Counted from the stretch's first letter, positions 1 through 8,780 are shown. The stretch is DNA of 64,000 bases from a virus (IMGVR_UViG_3300048631_000217); one strand, 5' to 3'. The notes: a model not told the origin generated them from the letters alone. Numbers and translations are program-made.

Positions 1-33
1 AAAAAAAAACACGCCCCCGAGGGGGCGCTTCTT
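1..33 (-). terminator. Intrinsic terminator after nadV
   Basis: CGCCCCC-GA-GGGGGCG hairpin (12-27), then a U-tract on the minus strand (A9 at 1-9). Confidence 0.75.
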
Positions 34-1437
34 TTAGTAGTAGGTTCTAACTCGTCCTCTTATCTCATCTAATGACTGGTCTATGACCACCCTACCATCT
101 TCAAACACTGTTTTAAGGCAGTTGACAAATGGCGCATGTGTGATATCATTGACTTGAAGAGTTTGAAAGGAGTCGCCTGATTTGGTCAGGATCAATATCC
201 CCGTCTTCGACACCTTACCGGAGTCCGTGACCGGACATTTCTGGATAGGGGTCCAGTTTTCGGCAACGTAGGGGGATTGGTCTTCGTTCGGAATGATAGC
301 GGATGCTTTCATGGCAAACTTTTGCGTATCCCGGTCAAGTTGCTGTAGCAAGGCACCGCCCATACCGAAAACGATGTTGTTAGCCGCCCAACCTTCAGTT
401 TTCAGCATGTCTAGGATTTCTCGAACGCTGATATTGTTGACCCCATCACCTTGAATTACCCCAAAATGCGGCGGTAACACTTTGTAACCTTTATCATTTA
501 GATCGTAGCCGACACATAGTTCAAGGGTGCGGAACAGGTTCCGCAGCATCATGACAGGATCGCCCGAATCTGGACGAATGACAATCTTCTTGCCGGAACG
601 GGCGACTTCCGGGTTCAGCTTACCCCACACATGTTGAGTCATGTGATACACGTCATAGGAGTCGGACACAACCGAGATAATAGGTTGTTCAAATGCCGTC
701 AACATGTGTCTGGCATATTCGGTTTCGCGTTCGCGTCCCCATGATGTTGCCGTAGAGTGTTCCGAAGCTGGCACCGAAAACCCGGCCATGTCAGCCCCAT
801 AATAGCGGCGGGCAAATAACAAAGCTTCTACCGTATCCGTACCCATGGAGTTGAACAGATGTGCCAATCCGCCGATACCGGCAGATTCACGGCTACTCAC
901 TCCCCGGCTACCGAAATCATGTAGAGCGAAAGGAATCGCGTCCAGATTGCCCACTGTCTCTTCGTGATGTTCGCGAATGACTCGCAACGTCTCGAAAGAC
1001 ATTGTGGCAACTGTGGTCGGATACCAGACTGCCCGCAACACGGCAGTTTCCATGTAGGAAGTCAGCCACGGCACCGCCGGATCAGTATTGCGAATCTGCA
1101 CCAGCACGTTTTTCGTATCGACTAAGGTTCCTTCGGGTACAGCCTCGATCAATAACGGCAGTCGCCCATCATGTTTTTCGACAATGTGTAGCCACCCTTT
1201 CCGGTGGAACGGAAGTCCATGGGCCTCGACAATCTCTTGGGCCTCATCCACCATGGCCATAGTGATCGGGTTGGCCTCAAGGTTTTTTAACAGAATTTGC
1301 AAACCTGCGAACAACACCTTGTCAAACTTTCCGCCCCTTGATTCAACATAGGAACTTACGTATCCCGTCTGGAAGGGGTATTGCTTGTAGTGACTAAGTT
1401 TGTAGGAATCGGTATCTAAGATAACGTTGTAGTTCAT
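34..1437 (-). CDS. nadV: Nicotinamide phosphoribosyltransferase (Nampt)
   Basis: TDSYKLSH, HDFGSRG, SVPASEHS, RPDSGDP and FGMGGALLQ motifs. Confidence 0.95.
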   Translation of the reverse strand: MNYNVILDTDSYKLSHYKQYPFQTGYVSSYVESRGGKFDKVLFAGLQILLKNLEANPITMAMVDEAQEIVEAHGLPFHRKGWLHIVEKHDGRLPLLIEAVPEGTLVDTKNVLVQIRNTDPAVPWLTSYMETAVLRAVWYPTTVATMSFETLRVIREHHEETVGNLDAIPFALHDFGSRGVSSRESAGIGGLAHLFNSMGTDTVEALLFARRYYGADMAGFSVPASEHSTATSWGRERETEYARHMLTAFEQPIISVVSDSYDVYHMTQHVWGKLNPEVARSGKKIVIRPDSGDPVMMLRNLFRTLELCVGYDLNDKGYKVLPPHFGVIQGDGVNNISVREILDMLKTEGWAANNIVFGMGGALLQQLDRDTQKFAMKASAIIPNEDQSPYVAENWTPIQKCPVTDSGKVSKTGILILTKSGDSFQTLQVNDITHAPFVNCLKTVFEDGRVVIDQSLDEIRGRVRTYY

Positions 1438-1439
1438 TT

Positions 1440-1486
1440 TAACAAAACTCCTTTGTTAGATTTTTCCGAAAGGTCTATCCCTTCGG
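1440..1486 (-). promoter_or_regulatory. Twin-hairpin leader of nadV, with the SD in the loop of the second hairpin
   Basis: CCGAAGGG-ATAGA-CCTTTCGG then TAACAAA-GGAGT-TTTGTTA just before ATG. Confidence 0.55.
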
Positions 1487-1720
1487 GTTGAATATACCAT
1501 ACACAGCCTGAACCCAATAATACGGGGCAAACAATGGTTCGACCATGTACAACAATATGACACAGAATGCAATAGTCGTCTTAGGTTTGATCGTATATGC
1601 GTGACGAATTTCCGGGCTTTGGGCAATCTTGTTCTCGATATGCGGCCATGCCAGTAGCACGGAACATAGGAAGAGGATCGTCCATATCTGGATGAAAACC
1701 ATAAGACCTAGGATCAGCAT
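1475..1720 (-). CDS. Small membrane protein
   Basis: 81 aa, two hydrophobic segments, overlaps the nadM stop. Confidence 0.6.
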   Translation of the reverse strand: MLILGLMVFIQIWTILFLCSVLLAWPHIENKIAQSPEIRHAYTIKPKTTIAFCVILLYMVEPLFAPYYWVQAVYGIFNPKG

Positions 1721-2709
1721 GTCTTTTCCCTTTTGCCAACCATGACCTGAATTATATCAAAATGGTCCTCGAACATCATGTTACTGGCCACCGCAGATAG
1801 CGGAACCCACATGGCCTTTTCGGCATCATCGGCCCCTTTGATCTTAGGTAGTGGTCCGTTCGGCAACATGATTGTATATGCGGTTGTAATGGTGCGACCC
1901 CGGCTTGATCGGTTTGGTTCATCGAAGGTCTCTTCCTTGATGATGTTACCATACAAAACCCGTTCAGGCACCTTGATTTTAGTCTCTTCCCGCAATTCTC
2001 GCAACATTCCATCAAGCCGTTTTTCGTGGGCGTTCAGGAACCCGCCGGGCAAGGCCAGCAATCCTTTGCCGGGCATAGCCCCGCGTTTCACCAGCAACAC
2101 ATGCCCCGATTGCACGACTACCGCATCCACCGTATGAAAGATCGGCGGATAAGGGTAGCCCGAGAATTGTTGCTTATACGCAAGGACGTGCTTGTATTCT
2201 TCCCGAACCCGGTCTGTCATTCCGTTAGCTGCTAGTTCGGCACTTTCGGTAGAGATAACGGAAATGTCAAGATTTCCCTCGAATAACCTTTGACGAATAT
2301 AGGTCGCATTGATAACCACATCATTCTTTGTGACAGGCGGCACGTCAATACTATCCCATTGCGGGAACATGTCTAGGTAATAGGATGTTTCATCTTTTTT
2401 GAAACCGACCAAAGCAATGTTATCTTTGGCATACAATGACACGACTTCCTGTATCTGAGATATCCACAATTGATCGTTGTAGATGATATCTTCGATAGCA
2501 TGTGTCATGACACGCGCATCTTTCACGGTTCGTTGAACCATTTGAGAACGGGTTTCGTATGAGTATGGATTTCGGATCGTGGCCGGGCGATTGGACGAAC
2601 CGATCAGCACCAGAACCTTTTTCGCCTTGGTCAAGGCGTGTTTGATAACAGTTTCGTGACCGTTATGGAAGGGCGAGAAACGCCCAATGAATACAGCTAA
2701 TTCATACAT
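1714..2709 (-). CDS. nadM: Bifunctional NMN adenylyltransferase / Nudix (ADP-ribose) hydrolase (NadM-Nudix, NatV-like)
   Basis: GRFSPFHNGH nucleotidyltransferase motif; Nudix box GGFLNAHEKRLDGMLRELREET; C-terminal FEDH. Confidence 0.93.
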   Translation of the reverse strand: MYELAVFIGRFSPFHNGHETVIKHALTKAKKVLVLIGSSNRPATIRNPYSYETRSQMVQRTVKDARVMTHAIEDIIYNDQLWISQIQEVVSLYAKDNIALVGFKKDETSYYLDMFPQWDSIDVPPVTKNDVVINATYIRQRLFEGNLDISVISTESAELAANGMTDRVREEYKHVLAYKQQFSGYPYPPIFHTVDAVVVQSGHVLLVKRGAMPGKGLLALPGGFLNAHEKRLDGMLRELREETKIKVPERVLYGNIIKEETFDEPNRSSRGRTITTAYTIMLPNGPLPKIKGADDAEKAMWVPLSAVASNMMFEDHFDIIQVMVGKREKTC

Positions 2710-2710
2710 T

Positions 2711-2759
2711 AAACAAGACTCCCTTGTTTTGTGAAGGGGCGCAGTCTATTCCGCGCCCC
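2711..2759 (-). promoter_or_regulatory. Twin-hairpin leader of nadM, with the SD in the loop of the second hairpin
   Basis: GGGGCGCGG-AATAGA-CTGCGCCCC then AAACAAG-GGAGT-CTTGTTT before ATG; same layout as the nadV leader. Confidence 0.55.
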
Positions 2760-2767
2760 GTTGTTAT

Positions 2768-4165
2768 TTAGATCTTGTAACGATCAATATTGACCGCTTT
2801 CAACATCACGTTAACAGGCGTAAACCCGTCGATATCCATTGCCATGATGGCCTGCATGATAGCGGGCGAGAACCCGGAAACCAATGCCGCCCCCGTCTCG
2901 TGACTCGTGGCCGCAACGTTACCCCGATCCGCGATGTTCCAGAACACCACATTCGGGATAGCATAACCCGCTTTCTCGTATTGATCACGGATCATCTGAA
3001 TAGCTGTCTGCGACGGGTTGCCGGTACAGTGGTCAAACTGCATATCCGACAACAGAAGAATCACATTCGGCATTTCTTCCGCCGGGACTCTCGCCTTGAC
3101 CGCAGCTTTCAACAGGGTTTTGAAAACCAGTTCCAGATTCGTGTTGTAACCGACATGTCGGCGCATCTGCGTCATCCGTTGGCGAAGATCACCTTTCAAC
3201 TTCACCATTCTCGGGGCCTCAGAAAACGTGATAAACTGATCCTTGAACGTGCCGTTGTTGCGTTCGGATATGTACAGCCCGAGCGACATGGCGACATCCA
3301 TTGCGGAAACAGATGCGGCGACAGGGGTTCCCATCGAACCGGAAACATCCACAACCGGCATTATCCGGGTTTCGGCACTACCCATGTAGTTCGGCATACT
3401 ATCCCATTGCTTCACGGCAACGTCATCGTTCGAATATCGAAGCGCCCGCACCACGTCATATGGATAGACGGCACCCGCATTGACTTTCGTATCGCCTTTC
3501 TTCAGGGCATCACGATATCCGCCGAAAGCTTCCGGGGCATTACGATGAAATGCAGTCAAGTAACGAGTCATAGCCAACGAAGGCACTTTCTGGAATTCGA
3601 TGGAATCCCATTCATGTTCACACATCTTTGTTTCGACAACGCTCGTGTTATCGACAACCAACCGGCGATATTGCTTCGGCGAAAGTCCCATGACATTTCG
3701 CAACTTGGCCGCGACAGCGCCCTTGCGCGGTGCCCATTTCGCCGCCAGACCATCGCCTTCGCGCAGATATGACGCATAGAAATTCAAGGCATCGGCCTCG
3801 AATTTTGTATCCACGAATTGCAGGATATCATCGAATCGACCAAGTTCCTTCAGCTTGCCGAAGATCTGCGCCATGGTATAATCATTGACGAAACCGTCAT
3901 TGACCGCCATTTTCAGGCCATCCACGGCCAGTTGACGTTCCCCCGCCCCGCCTCGTGCGTCACGCGCCCAAAGCAGAATACGTAGGGTCAGATCGGTATC
4001 TGTGGACAGGGCCGCAGATAGGCTTGGAAGAATGTTGTCGAAGCGACCCCGGCTTGCGCCAATTTTGTTAAAAAGGTCTACATGGGCATCCAGCGAAGAA
4101 TGATATGCCGCCATACCGTTTTCGGTAGTTGCGGTCGCATTCATGGCTTCAAAAAGGTTCGACAT
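2768..4165 (-). CDS. TROVE-like/DUF2828 protein with C-terminal vWA domain (Ro60-related fold)
   Basis: TTENG, RDARGGAGER, AAKWAPR, vWA MIDAS DVSGSM, LSDMQFD, VFWN; GGAG SD at 4174-4177 supports the MSNLF start. Confidence 0.8.
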   Translation of the reverse strand: MSNLFEAMNATATTENGMAAYHSSLDAHVDLFNKIGASRGRFDNILPSLSAALSTDTDLTLRILLWARDARGGAGERQLAVDGLKMAVNDGFVNDYTMAQIFGKLKELGRFDDILQFVDTKFEADALNFYASYLREGDGLAAKWAPRKGAVAAKLRNVMGLSPKQYRRLVVDNTSVVETKMCEHEWDSIEFQKVPSLAMTRYLTAFHRNAPEAFGGYRDALKKGDTKVNAGAVYPYDVVRALRYSNDDVAVKQWDSMPNYMGSAETRIMPVVDVSGSMGTPVAASVSAMDVAMSLGLYISERNNGTFKDQFITFSEAPRMVKLKGDLRQRMTQMRRHVGYNTNLELVFKTLLKAAVKARVPAEEMPNVILLLSDMQFDHCTGNPSQTAIQMIRDQYEKAGYAIPNVVFWNIADRGNVAATSHETGAALVSGFSPAIMQAIMAMDIDGFTPVNVMLKAVNIDRYKI

Positions 4166-4187
4166 ATCATTCACTCCATTACATTTC

Positions 4188-4368
4188 GGATTGACGTTGA
4201 TGATTAACATATCATGTTTTGGGTTTGCGGAAGTCAATCCATTCGTTCTTTTTCAGACAAACATAGGTTGCGTTACAAAAAAAGCATGATTGGGTTGCGG
4301 AAGTTTGTCTTATCGTCTTACAGGCTGACATTAGGTTGCTCATATGATTGGGTTGCGGAAGTCAGCCT
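4188..4368 (-). ncRNA. Three tandem structured RNA repeats in the leader of the TROVE/vWA gene
   Basis: 8-bp stems with different sequences (4322-4368, 4255-4310, 4188-4240), each followed by conserved UUCCGCAA(A)CCCAA(U/AA)CAU. Confidence 0.7.
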
Positions 4369-4380
4369 TATTTGTCCTTG

Positions 4381-4409
4381 TATGTAGAGGATGATTCGTT
4401 CTGTGTCAA
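4381..4409 (-). promoter_or_regulatory. Sigma70-like promoter for the hairpin array and TROVE gene
   Basis: TTGACA-N17-TACATA. Confidence 0.55.
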
Positions 4410-4420
4410 CCTCTAAATTT

Positions 4421-4505
4421 TGGTCCCGAAAGAGGGACTCGAACCCTCACGCCTTGCGGCAATGGATTTTGAATCCATCGCGTCTACCAATTTCACCATT
4501 TCGGG
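4421..4505 (-). tRNA. tRNA-Leu(CAA)
   Basis: Type II cloverleaf, ATGGA-TT CAA AA-TCCAT, encoded CCA. Confidence 0.93.
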
Positions 4506-4541
4506 TATGTTGTTCATATTGTCTACTTAGACATCCATGTT

Positions 4542-4988
4542 TCAAGTGTCAAGCTTTACTTTCGGCCTTTCCCACTTTACTTCGCCAGTATCCATGTAAT
4601 GCCGAACGGTTTTCGCCGCCTGTTGCGGGGAAATCATATGGTAGTAGTTCATAGATTCATCCCGACCATAGTAACGGTCGGGGCTGAAATCTGGATAAAA
4701 AAGAGCGTCAGCATCTTCCTCACTGATACCAAGATTTCGTCGGGCATAGCCCTCCGTCTCATCCATATCCGAAATAAGTGACGTGGTATCCTTCGTATCA
4801 GGATCGAATACTAGAGCCGCCCCGGCAATACACATCACCGTGCCACATCCCCGATTCCAGTCCCGTTCAGCGTGTTCCGAAAAACCATCGGAATAGGTAT
4901 AAGCCATACTAAACCCTACCCCACCCGGTTCATGCGGTGCCCCGGCTTCCAGCCATTGTGCGATTTTTTCGAAAAGTTCTCGGTTCAT
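4542..4988 (-). CDS. Hypothetical phage protein (CGTVMCIAG motif)
   Basis: 148-aa ORF with GGAG SD. Confidence 0.75.
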   Translation of the reverse strand: MNRELFEKIAQWLEAGAPHEPGGVGFSMAYTYSDGFSEHAERDWNRGCGTVMCIAGAALVFDPDTKDTTSLISDMDETEGYARRNLGISEEDADALFYPDFSPDRYYGRDESMNYYHMISPQQAAKTVRHYMDTGEVKWERPKVKLDT

Positions 4989-4996
4989 GGTTTCTC

Positions 4997-5176
4997 CTAA
5001 TGAATGTGGTGGGGAACCGGAGTATCGCTTTCAGGTTCCGATTGCGAATCCATTTCCGCCTTCTTTTCGATGACCGTGGCCAACATAGCCAGCAACATAA
5101 CCTTTTCAGAAGTTCCCATTTCGTCAGGCATTTCGAGGTGTACAGCGCCCCAAGGAGTCAACGTCGATATGTGCAT
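4997..5176 (-). CDS. Hypothetical protein
   Basis: AGGAG SD; downstream of a TTGACA promoter at 5225-5230. Confidence 0.6.
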   Translation of the reverse strand: MHISTLTPWGAVHLEMPDEMGTSEKVMLLAMLATVIEKKAEMDSQSEPESDTPVPHHIH

Positions 5177-5216
5177 CACACTTCTCCTGATATTGTGCCT
5201 ATGATATAGGCGCACA

Positions 5217-5420
5217 TTACCTCTTGTCAACCTTCTTTTGATCCTTGATGATGGACCACACAAGTATTTTCGATACCACTCGGGCGCATATATCGCCCGA
5301 CCTGCGGCCAATTAACAACGTCAAATTGTCAATGATGGCTGTACCATATGCCAATATGAGTTGGCTACGTATTGACGTGCCGCCTAACCTTTTCAAACGT
5401 TGAAACGCATCCTGCTTCAT
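5217..5420 (-). CDS. Hypothetical protein
   Basis: 67-aa ORF co-oriented with neighbours. Confidence 0.45.
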   Translation of the reverse strand: MKQDAFQRLKRLGGTSIRSQLILAYGTAIIDNLTLLIGRRSGDICARVVSKILVWSIIKDQKKVDKR

Positions 5421-5510
5421 TTGGTTCCCAATGTGTCAAGACCCTTGTTGACTCTCGATCAGACCACAAGACCAAACACCATCTTAACCCGTTCATTATG
5501 TGTTTATAAC

Positions 5511-5777
5511 TCATACCGTATCCTCTTCAAGCACCATGATAGACGACACCTTAACCCGTCCGACTTTCCAACCCGTGTTCTTACATGCCTGTTTGAACCG
5601 ATATTCGATCACGGACTCTCGGTCATTGTCCCAAGTCATTTTTCCAAAAATGACCAGAAGGCCGTTGACAACGGCACCGCGTCTAGTATTGGCGACGGTC
5701 GCAAGGACGGGTTTGTTATCCTTGTCCAGAATCGCAAACCCTATGTCCTCATTTGGTCCAATATCAGCCTTTTCCAT
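5511..5777 (-). CDS. Hypothetical protein
   Basis: Start at MEKADIG overlapping the upstream stop. Confidence 0.55.
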   Translation of the reverse strand: MEKADIGPNEDIGFAILDKDNKPVLATVANTRRGAVVNGLLVIFGKMTWDNDRESVIEYRFKQACKNTGWKVGRVKVSSIMVLEEDTV

Positions 5778-5970
5778 CGTGCCCACCGGCCAGCAACTTT
5801 GTCTTGAGGTCTCCCCGCATCTTTGACGTGGGGGAATTGGCTTGCTCAATCCGAAGCATCTGTAGTTGCGCCTTGAGTGCCTCGCGATTACGGGGCAGTT
5901 TGACGTGCGAGGTGCGTCCAAGGTCAAGCAATGCGAGCCGGATGTGAGTCTGTATATCTGTAATTCTCAT
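5764..5970 (-). CDS. Hypothetical protein
   Basis: GAGGG SD; promoter-like TTGACT about 70 bp upstream. Confidence 0.55.
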   Translation of the reverse strand: MRITDIQTHIRLALLDLGRTSHVKLPRNREALKAQLQMLRIEQANSPTSKMRGDLKTKLLAGGHDGKG

Positions 5971-6098
5971 AATACCCTCATATGCGTCCTTGTTACATTA
6001 TAAGATGTAAAGAAGACGATCCACTAAGTCAAGGGGGTTATCTACTAAATAGGAAAATAATTTTAGGTACACATCTTATGGGCGGTTGTTGGATTATA

Positions 6099-6593
6099 TC
6101 AGGTTCCTACTTCAATTGTGGTTCCGGCCCACAGGAATTCCCCGTCTTTCCCGACCGGAAAATGTTTCCGGCAGTACGTGCAGTATGTTCCAGAATAGAA
6201 ACTCGGATCGCGGGCATAGGTTTCCGCGATAGGGTTGCTCATCGTGGTCACGGTTCCACATGTCTTGTGGATGTAGCTATGTCGTAGCGGCCTGACTAAC
6301 CCTTTGGCGCGTTCCTCGTCTGACAGAACCATATACGCCTTCTGCATCCCGGTTTCGGGGGCGATTTCGCGATGATCGTCAGTGACAGGGCTTCCGTCTG
6401 TCAGGGTAACTTTGGATTCCGAACGCGGTGTGTGAAGATACATATATTCAACTTCTGCATCCACCGCATCACAGTAATCGGCAAGCACGTCTCTGAACGC
6501 GGACGGGCTTTCGAAGAACGCACCATTTTTTAAATTTACTTTCGTGAGTTCGACGTTTTCGATAGACTTAACGTCCTTGATTGCGATTTTCAT
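6099..6593 (-). CDS. Hypothetical protein with C-terminal Zn-binding domain
   Basis: HxxCG...CxxCxxHF motif; AGAGG SD. Confidence 0.75.
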   Translation of the reverse strand: MKIAIKDVKSIENVELTKVNLKNGAFFESPSAFRDVLADYCDAVDAEVEYMYLHTPRSESKVTLTDGSPVTDDHREIAPETGMQKAYMVLSDEERAKGLVRPLRHSYIHKTCGTVTTMSNPIAETYARDPSFYSGTYCTYCRKHFPVGKDGEFLWAGTTIEVGT

Positions 6594-6609
6594 AGATAAA
6601 CCTCTTTCC

Positions 6610-6786
6610 TCATTTCACGATCATTATCACGGCAGAAAAACATGCCGAAGCGACTGATATAATCATCAGAACAAATTCAAGTAGTAGATTTGTCCCGAGT
6701 ATCGACAGAAGCCAAGACCCAGAATATAGACTGATGAAGAACAACACGATACCTGTGGAAATTCTTAGCATGTCATACCTTTTCAT
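6610..6786 (-). CDS. Small membrane protein
   Basis: Two hydrophobic helices; start overlaps the upstream stop. Confidence 0.55.
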   Translation of the reverse strand: MKRYDMLRISTGIVLFFISLYSGSWLLSILGTNLLLEFVLMIISVASACFSAVIMIVK

Positions 6787-6941
6787 CTGATCAGTCCGAG
6801 TATGGCGCTTATCCAAGCAAATATCAAGCTACCGGCAACAGATATTACGGGGTCTATGAGATCCGATACCCCAAGCCCCATCATCAAAAAACTTAGCAGA
6901 AAAAACATCCACCCGAGTAGGTTTTGTATGTTATCTGACAT
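6783..6941 (-). CDS. Small membrane protein
   Basis: Two hydrophobic helices. Confidence 0.55.
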   Translation of the reverse strand: MSDNIQNLLGWMFFLLSFLMMGLGVSDLIDPVISVAGSLIFAWISAILGLIR

Positions 6942-6943
6942 AA

Positions 6944-7207
6944 CTACCCCCGAATCGTCTTGATACGTCTTTGGACAGCTTCCCACACTTTTCGCTGTCT
7001 TTCAACAGATTCGGGATAGCAGATGACAATCCTAGGGGATGATATGAGGGTCTTGCGAAAGACGGTTCGGCGTAGGTCTTGCAGATCGTCGCACATCCAT
7101 CTATGCAACCAATGCAGTTGTTTTCGCTGGAAATGGATACGCCTCGAAAGCTTCAGATTCAGAGCCTTCAGACGATCTATCTCCTGACGATATTCTTCGG
7201 GGGTCAT
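6944..7207 (-). CDS. Hypothetical protein
   Basis: Start at MTPEEY; the longer ORF call runs into tRNA genes. Confidence 0.5.
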   Translation of the reverse strand: MTPEEYRQEIDRLKALNLKLSRRIHFQRKQLHWLHRWMCDDLQDLRRTVFRKTLISSPRIVICYPESVERQRKVWEAVQRRIKTIRG

Positions 7208-7245
7208 TTTTTCTGGTTTTATTTGGGATGAAGAAATATCTTTTA

Positions 7246-7321
7246 TGGTGCCCCCGGTAGGAATCGAACCTACTATCCTCGGGTTACAAAGCCGCCGCAT
7301 CGCCAGCAATGCTTCAGGGGC
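7246..7321 (-). tRNA. tRNA-Thr(UGU), anticodon stem with two mismatches
   Basis: Cloverleaf with CCA; GCGGC-TT TGT AA-CCCGA. Confidence 0.8.
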
Positions 7322-7325
7322 AATT

Positions 7326-7408
7326 TGGTAGGAGTAGAGGGACTCGAACCCACACGCCGAAGCGCCAGAACCTAAATCTGGTGTGTCTACCAATTTCACC
7401 ATACTCCC
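7326..7408 (-). tRNA. tRNA-Leu(UAG)
   Basis: Type II, CCAGA-TT TAG GT-TCTGG, CCA. Confidence 0.93.
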
Positions 7409-7417
7409 ACGTTCTGT

Positions 7418-7425
7418 TATTTATA
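7418..7425 (-). promoter_or_regulatory. T4-type late promoter TATAAATA upstream of tRNA-Leu
   Basis: Exact T4 gp55 consensus about 10 nt before the tRNA. Confidence 0.6.
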
Positions 7426-7459
7426 TAACACGTATCTCCGTGTTGTTCAAGACCTTTCG

Positions 7460-7801
7460 TTACGGATAATATCTTTCTGCCAGACCTAGCACGACCATCC
7501 GTTCGTTAAGGTTCGTTCCGTCCTTGTAGATGACGGCCAAGTAGCGGCCATACTTGCCTTTCGAATCCTTGAAGGTCTGAATCGTTATAGCCGAACCTTC
7601 GGGTATCTGTTCGATCAGCCAAGACCGGGACACCAAACCCCGTTCCCGTTCATTTCCTCGAATTTCCGGGGTATTGATACCAAAGAGGCGCAGACTTTCG
7701 TTTTTGATCCAGTTATTGAATCCTAAGTCGATATCGACCCGGATCGTGTCGCCGTCATAGACAGATCTTACAATGGCGTTGTAGATATAGGTTTTCTTCA
7801 T
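7460..7801 (-). CDS. Thermonuclease (SNase-like)
   Basis: YDGDT, RLFGINTPE and GKYGRYLA motifs. Confidence 0.9.
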   Translation of the reverse strand: MKKTYIYNAIVRSVYDGDTIRVDIDLGFNNWIKNESLRLFGINTPEIRGNERERGLVSRSWLIEQIPEGSAITIQTFKDSKGKYGRYLAVIYKDGTNLNERMVVLGLAERYYP

Positions 7802-7922
7802 CGAACAAACAGGCGGTCGGCCCGCGCCTCGATCCATTCGGCGATCTCGGGTAGGGTCATGACTTACCACTACGGGCTTCGGCCAGCCATTGTTTTGCGT
7901 ATTCGTTCATACTCTCGCCTTC

Positions 7923-8270
7923 TCACACAAGGTATTCATTCAAATATGCGTCATGGGGTTTACCCATGATGCTGCGATACTTCAACATGACGTTTTCGGC
8001 ATCTTCTGGTGGAATTTCTTTGTATTCCCACTCACTCAAAAGCGGCCCATCTTCATCGTCCCAATCAAACCAATAGGAATAGTCCAGACGGTAAGTCGTG
8101 CCATCCTCGAACGCAAAGAACACCTCGATATCACCACAGGTATCCGCATCGAATATTTCTACAATATCCGCGAAGTATTTTTGGATCGTGGAGTCTTTAT
8201 CCAAACCGTAGTCGCACCAAGGTCTAGGTTTTCCGTCAAATGTCCAAAAATCTGAGGTAAAGAATTTCAT
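7923..8270 (-). CDS. Hypothetical acidic protein
   Basis: 115 aa, GGGGAG SD. Confidence 0.7.
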   Translation of the reverse strand: MKFFTSDFWTFDGKPRPWCDYGLDKDSTIQKYFADIVEIFDADTCGDIEVFFAFEDGTTYRLDYSYWFDWDDEDGPLLSEWEYKEIPPEDAENVMLKYRSIMGKPHDAYLNEYLV

Positions 8271-8314
8271 CCTGCTAGCTCCCCTTTCCTAAGTAAAAGT
8301 AAAATTTAGAGTAT

Positions 8315-8780
8315 ATGTACGATAGTTATTCCCAAATAAACCTCGCAAGTTTGACACAATTAAAATCCCGTGATTCTGTCAGTATGAAATGCAAGACTTG
8401 CAGGATCACCTTTTCGAGACCTAAGTATCAGGTTTTACGCAACATGTCAAGAGGCACGGAACATGTTTTCTGTTCGGTTATTTGTGGGGGGGGGAAGTTT
8501 AAAACAAAAACCCACGCAAGATTTGCCAATTGTGCCCTTTGTGGCGTTGAATGACGAACATGGCAAGTATGTGTGTTGCTATTATATAGATTTCTATTTT
8601 CCAAGCAAGAAACTAATCATCGAATTGGATGGTGCCCACCATAAGAAACAGAAGGAATATGACAAGAAAAGGGACGAATATATCAAGTCCACTCTTGACT
8701 GTGAAATCATTCGTATTCCGCATGATGAATATGTTGCAAGAACGATGATACCAAATATCACAGATTTGTTAAAGGGATGA
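8315..8780 (+). pseudogene. Split free-standing endonuclease: Zn-finger N-terminus (8315-8554) plus DUF559/Vsr-like nuclease in the +1 frame (to 8780)
   Basis: CxxC/FCS repeats; YYIDF...IIELDG.HH...D.KRD motif; G9 tract at 8486-8494; AT-rich and opposite to the local strand. Confidence 0.65.

Noticed and set aside
2900-3772. Long plus-strand ORFs opposite conserved genes (also 17827-18396, 19060-19728, 40618-41190)
   Set aside because: Antisense shadows with no SD or recognisable motifs.
4165-4237. Longer N-terminus for the TROVE/vWA protein
   Set aside because: It overlaps the RNA hairpin, and the SD supports the start at 4165.
4188-4368. Three-unit repeat as a mini-CRISPR array
   Set aside because: The conserved part is only about 17 nt and the variable flanks pair with each other, which fits structured RNA rather than repeat-spacer organisation.
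6944-7402. ORF-track calls extending across tRNA genes (also 9959-10807, 11181-11369, 15511-15714, 15690-15977)
   Set aside because: They read through tRNA sequences; starts were moved downstream or the ORFs were dropped.
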